DNA of 60,425 nt, filler included, from Squatina squatina (GCA_031763465.1; 4 parts of 3 records of this genome joined end to end with filler, not necessarily neighbours in it); one strand, 5' to 3'; numbered from the whole stretch's first letter, positions 11,999 through 24,569 are shown. Program-made: numbers and translations. The notes: generated by a model from the sequence alone, not told the origin.

Positions 11999-12280
11999 AT
12001 GGCGAGAGGGAGCCGCGGATGTGTTGAAATGGGAGCTGGGCATTCGGCGTGGGTCCCGGCCAGGGCAGCAGCTCAGCGGCCCCGCAGCCACTGCCGGAGC
12101 CGCAGCGCCGATCGCTCCTGCCCGCTGAGCGCTCTCCTCGCCGCCACCTTCCTGCTCCTCTCACCGGCAGCCGCCGCTCCGCCCCACTCCGGAGACTTTG
12201 CCATCCTGGACGAGGCACAAGTTCTTGCGAATCAGATGCGAGTCCTGGCTACCAACGAGCTTGGAGTCTTCAACATGCAG
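11999..12280 (+). CDS. CACHD1: CACHD1 (VWFA and cache domain-containing protein 1, alpha2delta-like calcium-channel modulator), first coding exon
   Basis: Hydrophobic signal-peptide core LSALLAATFLLLSPAAAA followed by DFAILDEAQVLANQMRVLATNELGVFNMQ, matching vertebrate CACHD1 DFSILDEAQVLASQMRRLAAEELGVVTMQ. Phase-0 donor CAG|GTAAGG at 12280/12281. CpG-rich. Confidence 0.93.
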
Positions 12281-13779
12281 GTAAGGACATGGATCGTGCT
12301 TCGGTTTCCCTGCGATATGCTCTGCCCAGAAACACCTGGCTTGCAGCATCCTCATGTCCGAATAAATGGATCTTCTATTTAGGAGACCCTGTTTCCTCCA
12401 ATCTTAGGTGCATAAGTTTGTGAGAAACCGTATCCATCCTTATGGATGAAGATTCCTAGTGAGAATGTGTTTGTCCCGTTTAGTTAATATATGTGAACTG
12501 ATGTATTATTGCTGCTAATTGCTTGGGAGGGCTGGATAGTGGCGCCTGCTGTCAAATTGATTNNNNNNNNNNNNNNNNNNNNNNNNNNNNNNNNNNNNNN
12601 NNNNNNNNNNNNNNNNNNNNNNNNNNNNNNNNNNNNNNNNNNNNNNNNNNNNNNNNNNNNNNTCAAATTGATTTATAAAATTAATCCGGATAAGTTTGCA
12701 CCTATTCCAAACATTGCCTATTCTATTTACTGTCTACCAATGACCATCCTATTTGCAATCTGAAGGACCTTCTGATCCCAATTCTCATTCACCATTCCCA
12801 GCCATGTTCAGTGTCCCCTTTCCAATATCAGACACATTCCGCTGCTTTTCCCATTCTATCCAAGCTGTACTATTCATTATTCACATCCATCTACCACGTC
12901 TCTTTTGTTTAGTTCCCAATGCGCTATCCCATTTCCAGCCATTGTTCACTTCTTCTTCATTTATTTATGGAATTCTCTCACTATTGGTTATATTGGATAT
13001 TTGCTTGAAACCTTGTATCTAATTCAATCTTGGTATCAAAATATTCAGTCTTCATTAAATTTTCCTTCTTGACCACAACCTAATATAGACTTTGCACTTT
13101 AAAATGTTTTAGCCTCATGTTGTTTGGCTTGCATGATGCTCCCAGATTGAGGATTATAGGATTTGGGGATCATTGGTGATCCATGGGTGCCTCTGACCTG
13201 TGGCTTCTCTATTCCATTATCCCAAGCAGTACAGGCTTCACATCAGTGATGCGATTGAAGTGATGTTTGTATTCAGATGTGTTTAGAATGTTTCAGTAGT
13301 TCAATTCTCATTTTTTTCACATTTCTTCAGCTCACACCTCCAGATATTAAAATGTCACCATAGTGTTAACTTTGTAATCTCAATAAAAATGTCTTGATAT
13401 TTTTGTGTTAATACTAATTGTGTGTTTGAATTACAACCTTATTTTTAAAAATATGCTTCACCATTCTTTCATGTGCAATGCAAGAGACAATCTCACGGTT
13501 AAAATCTATCGTTTTTCCTTCTGTTCCCTGCCCACAGAAATCAGTGACAAACATGAGGATGGAAGGCATCTTAAGTCTGGTGTGGGGCTGACAAAAGGTG
13601 CAAGCAAATGGGCCTGGCAGTCAAGGAGGTGTTAAATATGCTAGGACTATGCACCACTTTGGTTTTGCCCGGATGGGTGGGGATCTTAATGACCCCTACG
13701 GTCCCTCTCTTTGTTGTTTATGGGTTAGGCTCCAGTAAATGTTGATTGGCTTTTTATTATTCGTATAATAAGAAAGATG

Positions 13780-14110
13780 AGCTTGAGCTACCCAGTGATT
13801 TAGGCAGTCAGTGTAGTCTGATGTGGAGAAACCAGGAAATCCCAGATTTGATCCCTGGTCTGTACGCAGCTGGCTGATCACAGCCAGGGCAGCAACTGAG
13901 GGGGGGAATTGGAGGTGGGGTGCTGGGGTTGCTACATTGTACTCGGTACTCCCAAGCTAAGGAGGGGGAAAATCAGCTGGATTCTAGCTTCTGACTGATA
14001 TTCAATGACTACTGCTGGGAAGTCTGTGTGTGTGCCAGTAGCCTTTTGACTAGCTTGCGCAGTAGAACGATACCACAACAAGGATAAGCATCTTCAAGAG
14101 AGGAGGTGTA
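13780..14110 (+). mobile_element. tRNA-derived SINE-like repeat
   Basis: B-box-like CCCAGATTTGATCCCTGGTC head, then GCTGATCACAGCC, GGAGGGGGAAAATCAGC and CTGCTGGGAAGT core shared with other copies. Confidence 0.55.
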
Positions 14111-14556
14111 TATATTTCTCTCACTCTTTCTTCATTCCCACCTGTGTGGAATGGGGCAGGCACTGAGGGAAGCTTGGAGCTCAGGACCAGTATTCCTGAC
14201 TTGAGTGATCCATCCTGTATCTCGCCTTCCTTTTGTGCGTTTCCCTGTCAGCCTTAACTTATAAATTGCCTAATGCNNNNNNNNNNNNNNNNNNNNNNNN
14301 NNNNNNNNNNNNNNNNNNNNNNNNNNNNNNNNNNNNNNNNNNNNNNNNNNNNNNNNNNNNNNNNNNNNNNNNNNNNNNNNNNNNNNNNNNNNNNNNNNNN
14401 NNNNNNNNNNNNNNNNNNNNNNNNNNNNNNNNNNNNNNNNNNNNNNNNNNNNNNNNNNNNNNNNNNNNNNNNNNNNNNNNNNNNNNNNNNNNNNNNNNNN
14501 NNNNNNNNNNNNNNNNNNNNNNNNNNNNNNNNNNNNNNNNNNNNNNNNNNNNNNNN

Positions 14557-14938
14557 GTTCTTCTGAGGTGCTGATTTCTGCTGCGTTATTGTTCCACAAG
14601 TACTGGGTACCTTCTGGTACCTTGCCCACGTGGCAGTTTTCATATCTGAGCCTTGACAGTGCTTGTTGCCAAGCTATTTGACTGGTACGACATGACAGCC
14701 AGGCCTTGCCCCAGTCTTCACCTGATGTCCACTCGTGCACTTGGCAGCAGAGTGGATAGTAGTCAGCTGCAGGAACCGTGGATGAGTTTTCCACTCCATA
14801 GTCTAGGGCTGCTGAGGGCCTAGGCTGTGATCAGCTAAATCAGCACAAACCAAGAATTGAAACTGGGACCTTTTTGCTCTGTATGGCTCAGCAGCACACC
14901 AGATGGTGCATTTATTCACAAAAGCCAGTGGGGCAGCA
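14557..14938 (-). mobile_element. Same SINE-like repeat, near full length, antisense
   Basis: Reverse complement reads GGTCCCAGTTTCAATTCTTGGTTTGTGCTGATTTAGCTGATCACAGCC ... TCAGGTGAAGACTGGGG ... GGCTCAGATATGAAAACTGCCACGTGGGCAAGGTACC. Confidence 0.6.
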
Positions 14939-15298
14939 GTTGTCTACATTGAGAGATACGTTTACAATGTAGATACAGTCCATTGTAGCATTCCTCATCA
15001 AATGGTCCCAATAACCTTAAAGTACATTCTGCTTAAATGACAAATTTAGTTTAAAGCATAGCATCAAATTTATAAAATTTACTGAATAATGTGGCTACAT
15101 AATTCTATTTATAAAAGGTTAAAAGCTTTCCCCAATTCTTTTGACAGGGCACACATCTTCTGCTTCTCCTACACACATAGTTTGACATTAAATATCTATA
15201 AATTAACTTTGTTTTAATTTTTGCAAAACTGCTCCATATTAGACTTGACATTAGGTCAGTGTGTGTGGTTGCATCAGAGTTTGAAGAGGGGAACTGAT

Positions 15299-15398
15299 NN
15301 NNNNNNNNNNNNNNNNNNNNNNNNNNNNNNNNNNNNNNNNNNTTAATTAATTAANNNNNNNNNNNNNNNNNNNNNNNNNNNNNNNNNNNNNNNNNNNN
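15299..15398. other. Artificial scaffold-join spacer (N44-TTAATTAATTAA-N44)
   Basis: Identical 100-nt structure occurs three times; the 12-mer places stop codons in all six frames. Confidence 0.95.
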
Positions 15399-16274
15399 TC
15401 TTGCTGCCGGAAGATACCGGGAAGATAGAGAGAGCATTGGTGGAGAATCTAAAAGGTGGGAAACAAATTAAATAAAACTGCATGAGGGACAAAAAGAAAT
15501 GATTTATAATTTGGTGAGTAGCAGCAAACGCAACGTGTTTCTTAAGATAGGGATATAGCACAAGCCATTTGAGATCATGTTAATTATTGTCCCCAATTTT
15601 TAAAAGAACAATCCACGCCCAGCAATTTCTGTTTTCTGTCACAATTAATTCAAGGCCCTCCATCCTATGGTTAACGCACAAACTCTCCTTAACCTCCAGG
15701 ATGTTCTGTTGACTCCTTTTGTGCCAATCACTCCTTTTCCCCTCGATGGTGCGTAACACTCTATAAAGTCCCCAATGATGTCATTCTGCATGCTTGCATA
15801 GTTAAGAAGGACCCCACCAGTTTCAGCCGGGATTCCGTGCTGCCTGCTCAGAACAGCAGGTTAAAATAAAAGACAGCAGGAAGGGAGCAGGACATTGGTG
15901 GGACGGGCGAATTTAACCCTGCCTGCCATTAGAATCGTCCCTTCAGGTTTCCCCCTGTAAATTTCATTTTTTGCATCATCGAATTAAACTTCCTGATTTA
16001 CCTCATCCTGTCCTTTAATCTTTTCAACCTTATGGGTTCGTGCACAATGAACCTTGAACCTTCACCTTGGTTGCCTGGATACCAGTGAGGCTGTGACTGG
16101 TATCATGAAAAGTCCTAAAATACCTGCATGAGCAGACACACAGGCCAGATCTTACATCTCATCCAGTAATTCATTCTCAGAACAGTTCTGAAGAAAAGTA
16201 ACACCCAAGACATTAATCTGTCTTTGCGTTCAGAAGCTGACCAATCTGTAGTGCACATGAAGCATTAGCTACAT

Positions 16275-16592
16275 TACACAAACTAGGGTTGTATTCCCTG
16301 GAATTTAGAAAGTTAAGGGATGATTTGATCGAAGTTTTCGAGATATTAAGGGAAACAGATAGGGTAGATGGAGAAAAACTATTTCCGCTGGTTGGGGATT
16401 CTAGGACTAGGGGTCACAGTCTAAAAATTAGAGCCAGACCTTTCAGGAGTGAAATTAGGAAACACTTCTACACTCAAAGGGTGGTAGAAGTTTGAAACTC
16501 TCTTCCGCAAATGGCAATTGGTGCTCGATCAATTGTTAATTTTAAATCTGAGATTTTTGTTAACCAAAGGTATGAAGGGATATGGGCCAAAG
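16275..16592 (+). mobile_element. CR1 LINE ORF2 C-terminus / 3' UTR
   Basis: YSLEFRKLRDDLIEVFEILRETDRVDGEKLFPLVGDSRTRGHSLKIRARPFRSEIRKHFYTQRVVEV. Confidence 0.92.
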
Positions 16593-16699
16593 NNNNNNNN
16601 NNNNNNNNNNNNNNNNNNNNNNNNNNNNNNNNNNNNNNNNNNNNNNNNNNNNNNNNNNNNNNNNNNNNNNNNNNNNNNNNNNNNNNNNNNNNCCACCAG

Positions 16700-16925
16700 A
16701 GGTTTGTATCCTTTGCTGTTGCTTATGTTTCCACTGTCTGAGCACTCTTACTGAAACTCTTTCTTTTTACTGCTCTAGTTGTGTCTTTTATCAATATTGT
16801 TGTTACTCTTTTTCCAATTTCCTTGTCCTTTCCATAGATCCTGTAGCCTGGAATATTTAGCTCCCAGTGATGCCCAGCTTGTAGCCAGGCCTCTGTAATG
16901 GCTACTACATCATGCTTCTTCAAGT
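16700..16925 (-). mobile_element. CR1 ORF2 endonuclease N-terminal fragment
   Basis: KHDVVAITEAWLQAGHHWELNIPGYRIYGKD matches the APE-type motif DIVxITETW...WxLNIPGYxxFRKDR. Confidence 0.8.
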
Positions 16926-17296
16926 TGAATTAGTGGTTCACTGGGTAACACTTCCTGACTCCTCAAGAGACCCAGTCCTTGTAACAGGCTGTCTCGGCAT
17001 CACTTTTAAACAGGAGTCTGTTACATGTCCCAGTTGTAGGAAAAAGAGGCGTGAATAAAAGAAAACCACTCTGAGTGTAAATGAGGCCTTCAGATAGTCA
17101 ACAAAACAGACAAATGAAGTTCAGACTATGAGTCACCACACTGTTCAATTTAAACAGTACTCCTCCTGCACTACCTGTGGTTGAGTTACCTGAGAGATCA
17201 CATCATAAGGACGTCAAGGTATCGGCAATCAAACTCAAATCAAACTCAAGTAGACCTTTTAACTTAACATGCCTGTGACTGGTTTGCATTTGTTAA

Positions 17297-17327
17297 ATCC
17301 TGAATATTGGTCACCAATATTCAGGAT
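17297..17327. repeat. Perfect 31-bp palindrome (15-bp arms, 1-nt centre)
   Basis: ATCCTGAATATTGGT-C-ACCAATATTCAGGAT. Confidence 0.95.
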
Positions 17328-17398
17328 ACAACAGAAACTAATTATCATAATAGCCAAGATCTGTTGCAGTGGTTCACAATGATATGGTACTTAAATCA

Positions 17399-17566
<168 letters not shown>

Positions 17567-18349
17567 CTATAGGAATGGAAGAATAAAATGATAATGTTAG
17601 AATAAACCTACTCAAAGGATACCCGNNNNNNNNNNNNNNNNNNNNNNNNNNNNNNNNNNNNNNNNNNNNNNNNNNNNNNNNNNNNNNNNNNNNNNNNNNN
17701 NNNNNNNNNNNNNNNNNNNNNNNNNGATGCAGATTGACCCAGCAGCTGAGATAATCTGAAAATGAGTTTCATGTTTGTTACCTAGATATTCTGCAAAGTG
17801 TAAGCACTCCCTGAGGCATAGGGAGCTCGGGCGCATCTATGAGACTAGTCTGACACATGGAAGGCTAAAATAGCTAGAGTAGAAAAGATGAAAGAAACCT
17901 TGTATTCACATAGTACAGTGCAGGTTGCATTCAGAAGCCTTCTGCTTTGGAGGAGTTGACCTTAGTTATCCAAGTTGAATAGAATTAATAAAATCTAACC
18001 TGAAAAGGTAATCCCAGATATGATAACCAGGTCACAGGATTAGACCAAGAGGATTTGAATCATCTCCAAGCACATTTTTGAAAACAAGAGTTGAAATATC
18101 ATCGCAAATTGCACAATCTGTTCTCAGTTTGGTTACCAGATATTTGTGAAATGACAGATTCCACGGTACGATAAATGAAAAGAAAATTGGCCATGTAAGG
18201 TGAACTAGGGTTCATTGCTGTTATTCAAGTCATGGCTAATCCTGGAAATAGATATTTCTGGAGCAACTGCAGTTCATTAACTAATTAATGCTGTGCCAAA
18301 GCACTACATGAATGGTTATTTTGGCACAAGGTGACACTAGTTTCTCAAA

Positions 18350-18760
18350 TGCGCCAAGTCCCGGTTTATCCATCACCTCTGTACTCACTAACCTGCATGG
18401 ATGATCCTCATGTTCAAATCCATCCATGGTTTACCCCTCCCTACTGCTCTAACCTTCTCCAGCTCTACAATCCTCCAGGAACTCTGCATTCCTCCACCTC
18501 TGGCGTCTTGTGCATCCACCACAACCTTCTCCGCACCATTGGCATCCAGGCCGTCAGCCATCTAGGCCCTAAGCTCTGGAATTTCCTCCCTAAACCTCTC
18601 TGCCTCTCTCTCCTCCTTAGATGCTCCTTAGAACCTACCTATTTTACAAAGCTTTTAGCCCTAATACCTTCTTCTTTGGCTCAGTCTCAACTTTTGCCTG
18701 ATTACGCTCCTATGGCAATTTTCCCATGTTAAAGGTGCTATACAAATGCAAGTTGTTGAC
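18350..18760 (+). mobile_element. L2 LINE 3' end
   Basis: Translation ...NLLQLYNPPGTLHSSTSGVLCI...AVSHLGPKLWNFLPKPL and tail TTAAAGGTGCTATACAAATGCAAGTTGTTG. Confidence 0.8.
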
Positions 18761-18882
18761 AAAGCAACCATGAGATTTGTATTAAAGTTAAGGCAAGTCA
18801 GCTCAAAATACTCTCTTGTTAAGATGTCTTGGCTTCAATGTGAAACATTTCTCCTTCTCATTTATGCGCAAATATATCAACA

Positions 18883-18954
18883 ACTTGCCTGGGTGAGTGC
18901 AGCTCCAACAACACTCAAGAAGCTCAACACCATCCAGGACAAAGCAGCCTGCTT
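18883..18954 (+). mobile_element. LINE ORF2 C-terminal fragment (CR1/L2 group)
   Basis: LAWVSAAPTTLKKLNTIQDKAAC, a peptide I recognise from shark LINEs; truncated by a gap. Confidence 0.6.
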
Positions 18955-19384
18955 NNNNNNNNNNNNNNNNNNNNNNNNNNNNNNNNNNNNNNNNNNNNNN
19001 NNNNNNNNNNNNNNNNNNNNNNNNNNNNNNNNNNNNNNNNNNNNNNNNNNNNNNCCCATCTAATGAATCTTGCATGAGTTATCTGTACCCTTAAGGGCCT
19101 TAGCAAGGCCTGAAGTAACAAAAATTAGCCTTTTTACTAACTTTTCACTACCTTTTTTACCTTCCTTTTAGAGGAGAAGGAATGCTGAGACTGGCATTAA
19201 GTGCCCGATGAACAGTCCCTTGTCACTTTCTGCTGACATACACGCTGCTCACTTATTAATGACTTTCTTGCTAAGATTAATGAAGCTAGGAATGTCACAC
19301 CACTAAGAATTACCCTTTGGGTATAAATATCAGCTTGCAGGATTCTGTTTTGGGCAACCAACCTCCATGCATCGTGCTCCTATT

Positions 19385-19620
19385 CTGACAATTTGTTTAT
19401 ACAGAGGGAGGTTAAAATCTGGAATTCTTTGCCACAAACTCTTGTTGAATCACATTCCATGTGACCTTTCAAAAGGGAAATAGACAGCTGCTGTACAAAG
19501 GGTCATTTCAAAGGGTATGAAGAGCGAGCAGAAGAGTGGGTTTAGAGTCGATGGCTGACCACCCATTTACCTTCACAAACTTGATTGGCTGAATAAACTG
19601 TATTTATGCTGGATCATTCT
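19385..19620 (+). mobile_element. Old CR1 3' fragment
   Basis: TTTATACAGAGGGAGGTTAAAATCTGGAATTCTTTGCCACAA...TTCAAAAGGGAAATAGACAG...GGCTGAATAAACTGTATTTATGCTG. Confidence 0.6.
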
Positions 19621-19662
19621 ATGCTCCAGAATCCATTCTCTAAAGGCTCGCCAGACGCTTCT

Positions 19663-19676
19663 GTTGCTATGGAAAC
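19663..19676. promoter_or_regulatory. RFX X-box-like motif
   Basis: GTTGCTATGGAAAC is close to the palindromic X-box GTTGCCATGGCAAC; function not shown. Confidence 0.3.
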
Positions 19677-20554
19677 CCCAGAGAGAGAGACTGTCCAGGC
19701 ACCATCTCCCTATGTTTAATTGAAGAATCTGTCTTATTCAATGGCAGAGTCATCATTCCACATCGCCGTGGGACTACGATGCCATCAGCTCCTGGAACAT
19801 GGGCCTGTTTTCACTATGGACTGCGGCTGATCGAGGGAGACCCAAACCTCCACAGTTGGCTGCACGGTTGCAGTGTAAAGGCAGCTCTGGAGAACTGGAG
19901 AAACAGCTTACTAGCAGCTGATTGAATATCAAACACATAAAACAGGATCTACAAATGTTGACTCCTATCACAAGCTTTTATTTAACTTGCTTACTCTTTG
20001 AAGGATTGCATTACCCGCTCAGCAGAATTGATCTGCTGCCAACAGTGTTCTAATGGACCAGTCTTCACATAAAGCTTCTGGCATCCGAGGAACAAACAGT
20101 CATTAGATCATTGGCTTTTCCCAGGGCAGGCTTTCAAGAAACAATGAATGTTTATAAAATTCCAAAGACTTTGTACTTACCCCAAATAGATAATGTTTGA
20201 AAAGTATGTTGAGTTAAAAATTGCACCCAGCTGGTCTGTGTCTCTGTGTCTGACCACTAGTTTCAGGATGTAAATACTCAGACTACCAGTGACAGCAGAG
20301 AAATGCAAATTCTCAAAATTTAAATAAGTTGCTATGTGGAAAAACCTGCAGCACAGGGTGGGTGTGGAACATGTCACAAACAGAAAACTTAAGGGAGGTT
20401 CATACAACTCTCTTTCAGCAGCTGGGGCACAGTGGCAATCTGATACTTTGTGGGNNNNNNNNNNNNNNNNNNNNNNNNNNNNNNNNNNNNNNNNNNNNNN
20501 NNNNNNNNNNNNNNNNNNNNNNNNNNNNNNNNNNNNNNNNNNNNNNNNNNNNNN

Positions 20555-20632
20555 CATGATCCAACTGAATGGCGGAGCGGGCTCGACGGGCCGAATGGCC
20601 TACTCCTGCTCCTACTTCTTATGGTCTTATGT
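20555..20632 (+). mobile_element. CR1/SINE 3' tail
   Basis: CATGATCCAACTGAATGGCGGAGCGGGCTCGACGGGCCGAATGGCCTACTCCTGCTCCTA..., also seen at 23250-23320 and 48920-49000. Confidence 0.85.
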
Positions 20633-21827
20633 TGTAGATCTGTTGGAAATATGTGTACTGTACTCATTGTATTATCCAGAAAAAGTTATTACAATATAGG
20701 GGTAATCCCCTGTTCCAGATTGGAGAATAAAGGCTACAAATTGTAGTCATATCTCCTGCTCACGTTCCCTCTGAACATAGCTCCCCTCAAACACTAAACA
20801 GCCCTCAGCTGCCCATCTTCTGAACTATCTGTCCCTAGATTATGATCATCAGATCCATCTTACATTTCTCTGTTCAACATCAAAATTTCAAGTTCAAACC
20901 TGTTGCGATAAATGGTGGTTTAACAACACAGCAAAGCATTCCACCATCAACCACAAGATGTATTTCCCCTTACAAAACTAACACTAATTGTATATAAACA
21001 AGGTATGCACATGCTGTGGCACTGCCCTTAAAGCAGAGTCCCCTTGTGGTCTTCAGGAGACTTTTGGGAAATCTGATGCATTCTTTCCACACCGAGTGAA
21101 GTGAACACAGTTCATAAAGTACGTCACAAAGACTATTTATTTTAGTTACCACACCGAAACTCAAGCAATTACTGAACAATAAACCTGAAAATGCTAGAAG
21201 CATATGACACAAATCAGCAGTGCCTCTGAGGGCACAATTAACATGACCAGGCTTGCTATGTTTACATAAATCGTCTATGATAAGGACCATAAAGACTGTA
21301 GCCTTGTTCTGTGAACAAGATGGAGATCATTTCCCCCTCTGGCAGTAATTATAATGCTGGCTTTTGCCAAGCAGACAATGACCCTCTAGATAGTGAGTCA
21401 TTTATTTGCAAATCCAAACATGGGGTTAAAATGGTGTTAATCCAATGAGGGAGCAAAAACAGCAGTTAACCAAAGTGTCACAGGCCGAATCTCATTCATT
21501 TCAGCGGTGGTGGAAATTTTAAGCAGTTTGCAGTATACTGCACAGAGATTATAAATCACCCCCTGACTGGGTTTGAATCTGTGCCCATGCAATAAAGCCA
21601 GTGTGCAAATCAATTTAAAAAGAAATTCATGCCAGTTAGCCAGACAAAAGGCATGTATGCACTATTCTGATGTATGTGGAGGCATCTTGCATTAAGAGTG
21701 ACACTTATTAATGTACGCTGCAGTATGTGCACATTGCATACATTATATTAGCCTACTATTCTGAATGCACATATTAGGTGTGGGCAAAACTGCAGGGTGT
21801 ATATACAGAGGAAAGTGCCCTTAAGAC

Positions 21828-21975
21828 TAGGGTGACCAGACGGCCTGGTGTTACCTCAAAAATGCTCAAATGTCCTGGTTTTTCATGCCCACTCGACTGC
21901 GTATGCGCAGTTCCAGGGAAGAACTGACTGTGCATGCGCAGCCTGATTGTCCCGGATTGGGACTCTGCCGAGATG
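21828..21975 (+). mobile_element. hAT-superfamily DNA transposon end
   Basis: Begins TAGGGTGACCAGA (hAT Tip100/Blackjack-type TIR), followed by GTCCTGG/GTCCCGG subterminal motifs and two TGCGCATGCGCA-like palindromes. The other end was not found. Confidence 0.55.
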
Positions 21976-22725
21976 AATTCATTAACGTCTATCGAACACA
22001 CATGGCAAAATAGTCCAAGATGTAAGTGAACATTCCAGAAACTGTTAGAGTTACAATGATAGCGTCGGCCTTGGAGCATCAACTCTACGTGTAAATTGGG
22101 ACTGAAAGACTGACAATAGAGAGGGGAAAAAACACTGGAGATCGAAGTGTGAAAAAATAAAGATCTTTTACTTCAACAACCGGAAAAGTATGACAGGAAA
22201 TAAAGGAGGGAATTTTCCACTTCACCATTCCTGGCGCATACTGGGNNNNNNNNNNNNNNNNNNNNNNNNNNNNNNNNNNNNNNNNNNNNNNNNNNNNNNN
22301 NNNNNNNNNNNNNNNNNNNNNNNNNNNNNNNNNNNNNNNNNNNNNGTGGGGGAGATCAGATAGGATTGTGCCAAGGTGTGGCTACTTTGTCCAAGCATTG
22401 CCAACAATCAATACATGTCCAGAAGCCCAGACTTGTGCATTTTGGGCACCAGATTTTCTGCAGTCCCAATCACAGAACTGAGGTAGTCCTTGGCATCTTT
22501 ATGGTCCACAAGCAGATCCCTTAAATTTGGAAAAGTGTGTCCCAACCAAGTGGAGAGGTATCTCGGAAGAGATGCTCAACATCCAAGTTCAAGCACCTCA
22601 TATATAGTAAAAAGGGGAAACAGGAGAGCTCAGCTGTAAATAAGTACAGCAGAACTGCTAAGTGAGCACTTTGGCAACAATGACACAAGACGAGCTGACT
22701 GACATGCATTGTGGACATCAAGATC

Positions 22726-23321
22726 TTATTGCAAGGGGGTTGGAGTACAAGAGTAAGGAAGTCTTACTACAATTGTAGACCACATCTGGAGTACTGTGTA
22801 TAGTTTTGGTATCCTTATCGGAGAAAGGACATGCATGCCTTAAAGACGGTGCAATGAAGGTTCACTAGATTGATCTCTGGGATGCGAGGGTTGTCCTGTG
22901 AGGAGAGATTGAGCCTATACTCTGGAGTTTAGAAGACTGAGAGGTGACCTCATTGAAACACAAGATTCTGAGGTGGATTGACAGGGTAGATGCCGAAAGG
23001 TTGTTTCCCCTGGCTGGAGAGTCTAGAACTTGGGGGTATAATTTCAGGATAAGTGATCGGCCATTTAAGACTGTGATGAGGAAAAATTTCTTTACTCAGA
23101 GGGTTGTGAATCTTTGGAATTCATTACCCCAAAAGGGCTTTGGATGCTGAGTCGTTGAGTACATTCAAGGCAGAGATAGATTTTTGGACTCCAGGGTAAT
23201 CGAGGAATATGGGAACCGGATGGGAAAGTGGAGTGGAGGTCAAAGATCAGCCATGACCTTATTGAATTGTGGAGCAGGTTCGAGGGGCCGTATGGCCTAC
23301 CCCTAATTCTTACGCTCTTGT
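22726..23321 (+). mobile_element. 5'-truncated CR1 LINE
   Basis: IARGLEYKSKEVLLQL..., DRVDAERLFPLAGESRTWG...MRKNFFTQRVVNLWNSLPQK, then the standard 3' tail. Confidence 0.92.
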
Positions 23322-24569
23322 CTAATAGCGTTTCTCAAAACATATCTGCAATGTACTTGTGTGAAATAGGCAAAAGTAATTAAAACAGCTAGAAATGTAG
23401 TATTTACACTAAAAATATCCTTTTTTGAGCATTAACTACAATTGTTAGTCCTGTGCACCTAAACTATAAAATGATTCTACTTGGAAAGACTAAAAAGAAC
23501 TGCCAATGAATTCTGAACTCGTGTATTTTTATTTCTATAATCTGTCAATTTTAACAATGTTACAGAATTGACCATTGGAATTAATCAATATAGACAAATT
23601 ATAGTTCAATATTACTGAACTTTATTCAAAAAATCTTACTTTCCCCATGTTATTTTCAAATACAGAAACCATGTGGCTTTTTTAAGTTACAGTAAGGCAC
23701 TGGGCAAACCATCGTTTGCCCCAAGAGTTTCTGATTTTCTTTCCAGTTACCATTGGAGCACAGCCAGTATATATTCCTATGTGGTCCATTATGTTGTGGT
23801 CTGATCAGCTATTGGACGATCAAGACCGTCCATTCAAGTACTCTACAGAAAGTCAGTCTTGGCCATCAACATTTGGTATACTTAAAATATTTTGAGAAGT
23901 TCAACAGTTGTCATGACTTGTTAATTAACTACTTGAAAATGTTTGCACAATTACGAGAGATCTAATAACCAATACATTTAATACTTTCATAAAGTCATCA
24001 GGTAAAACTGCTCATTTTATAATCCAGACTTCTTTCAGCATTGTTTGTATCTTCAATGAGCGGGTAGGGCCTATTTGTCCAACTTCCCAATGTTCTTATT
24101 GAATCACAAGCATCTGGGATTCATGGCACATTTTCAGACAGTGTTTTGAAGGCATGTTTCCTTTGCTCTATGGTCATGTTCTCACAGCTCTCCAACACAT
24201 TTGCTACTAGTAAAGTATGTTTAATTGTTTTGGCTTTTACCCATATACGCCCATTCATTCCAATCACTATCTCAAAAGGGTACAATTCTCCGAGATTCTT
24301 GATGACTTCACAGTTTGGAGAAAGTAGCCTGAAATTCAGAATTAAAAGTATAATTAGACAATTGGCTGGTATTGAAGTGCTCAGAATGTTGTCAAATTAA
24401 TGGCCCCGATTTTACGGGGCCCAGGTGCACATGTTGTCGTAAGAGCCCGACAAGCTCCGGGATTCCGGANNNNNNNNNNNNNNNNNNNNNNNNNNNNNNN
24501 NNNNNNNNNNNNNNNNNNNNNNNNNNNNNNNNNNNNNNNNNNNNNNNNNNNNNNNNNNNNNNNNNNNNN

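Noticed and set aside
15343-15354. TTAATTAATTAA as homeodomain site or piggyBac footprint
   Set aside because: Always centred in 44+44 Ns; an artificial spacer.
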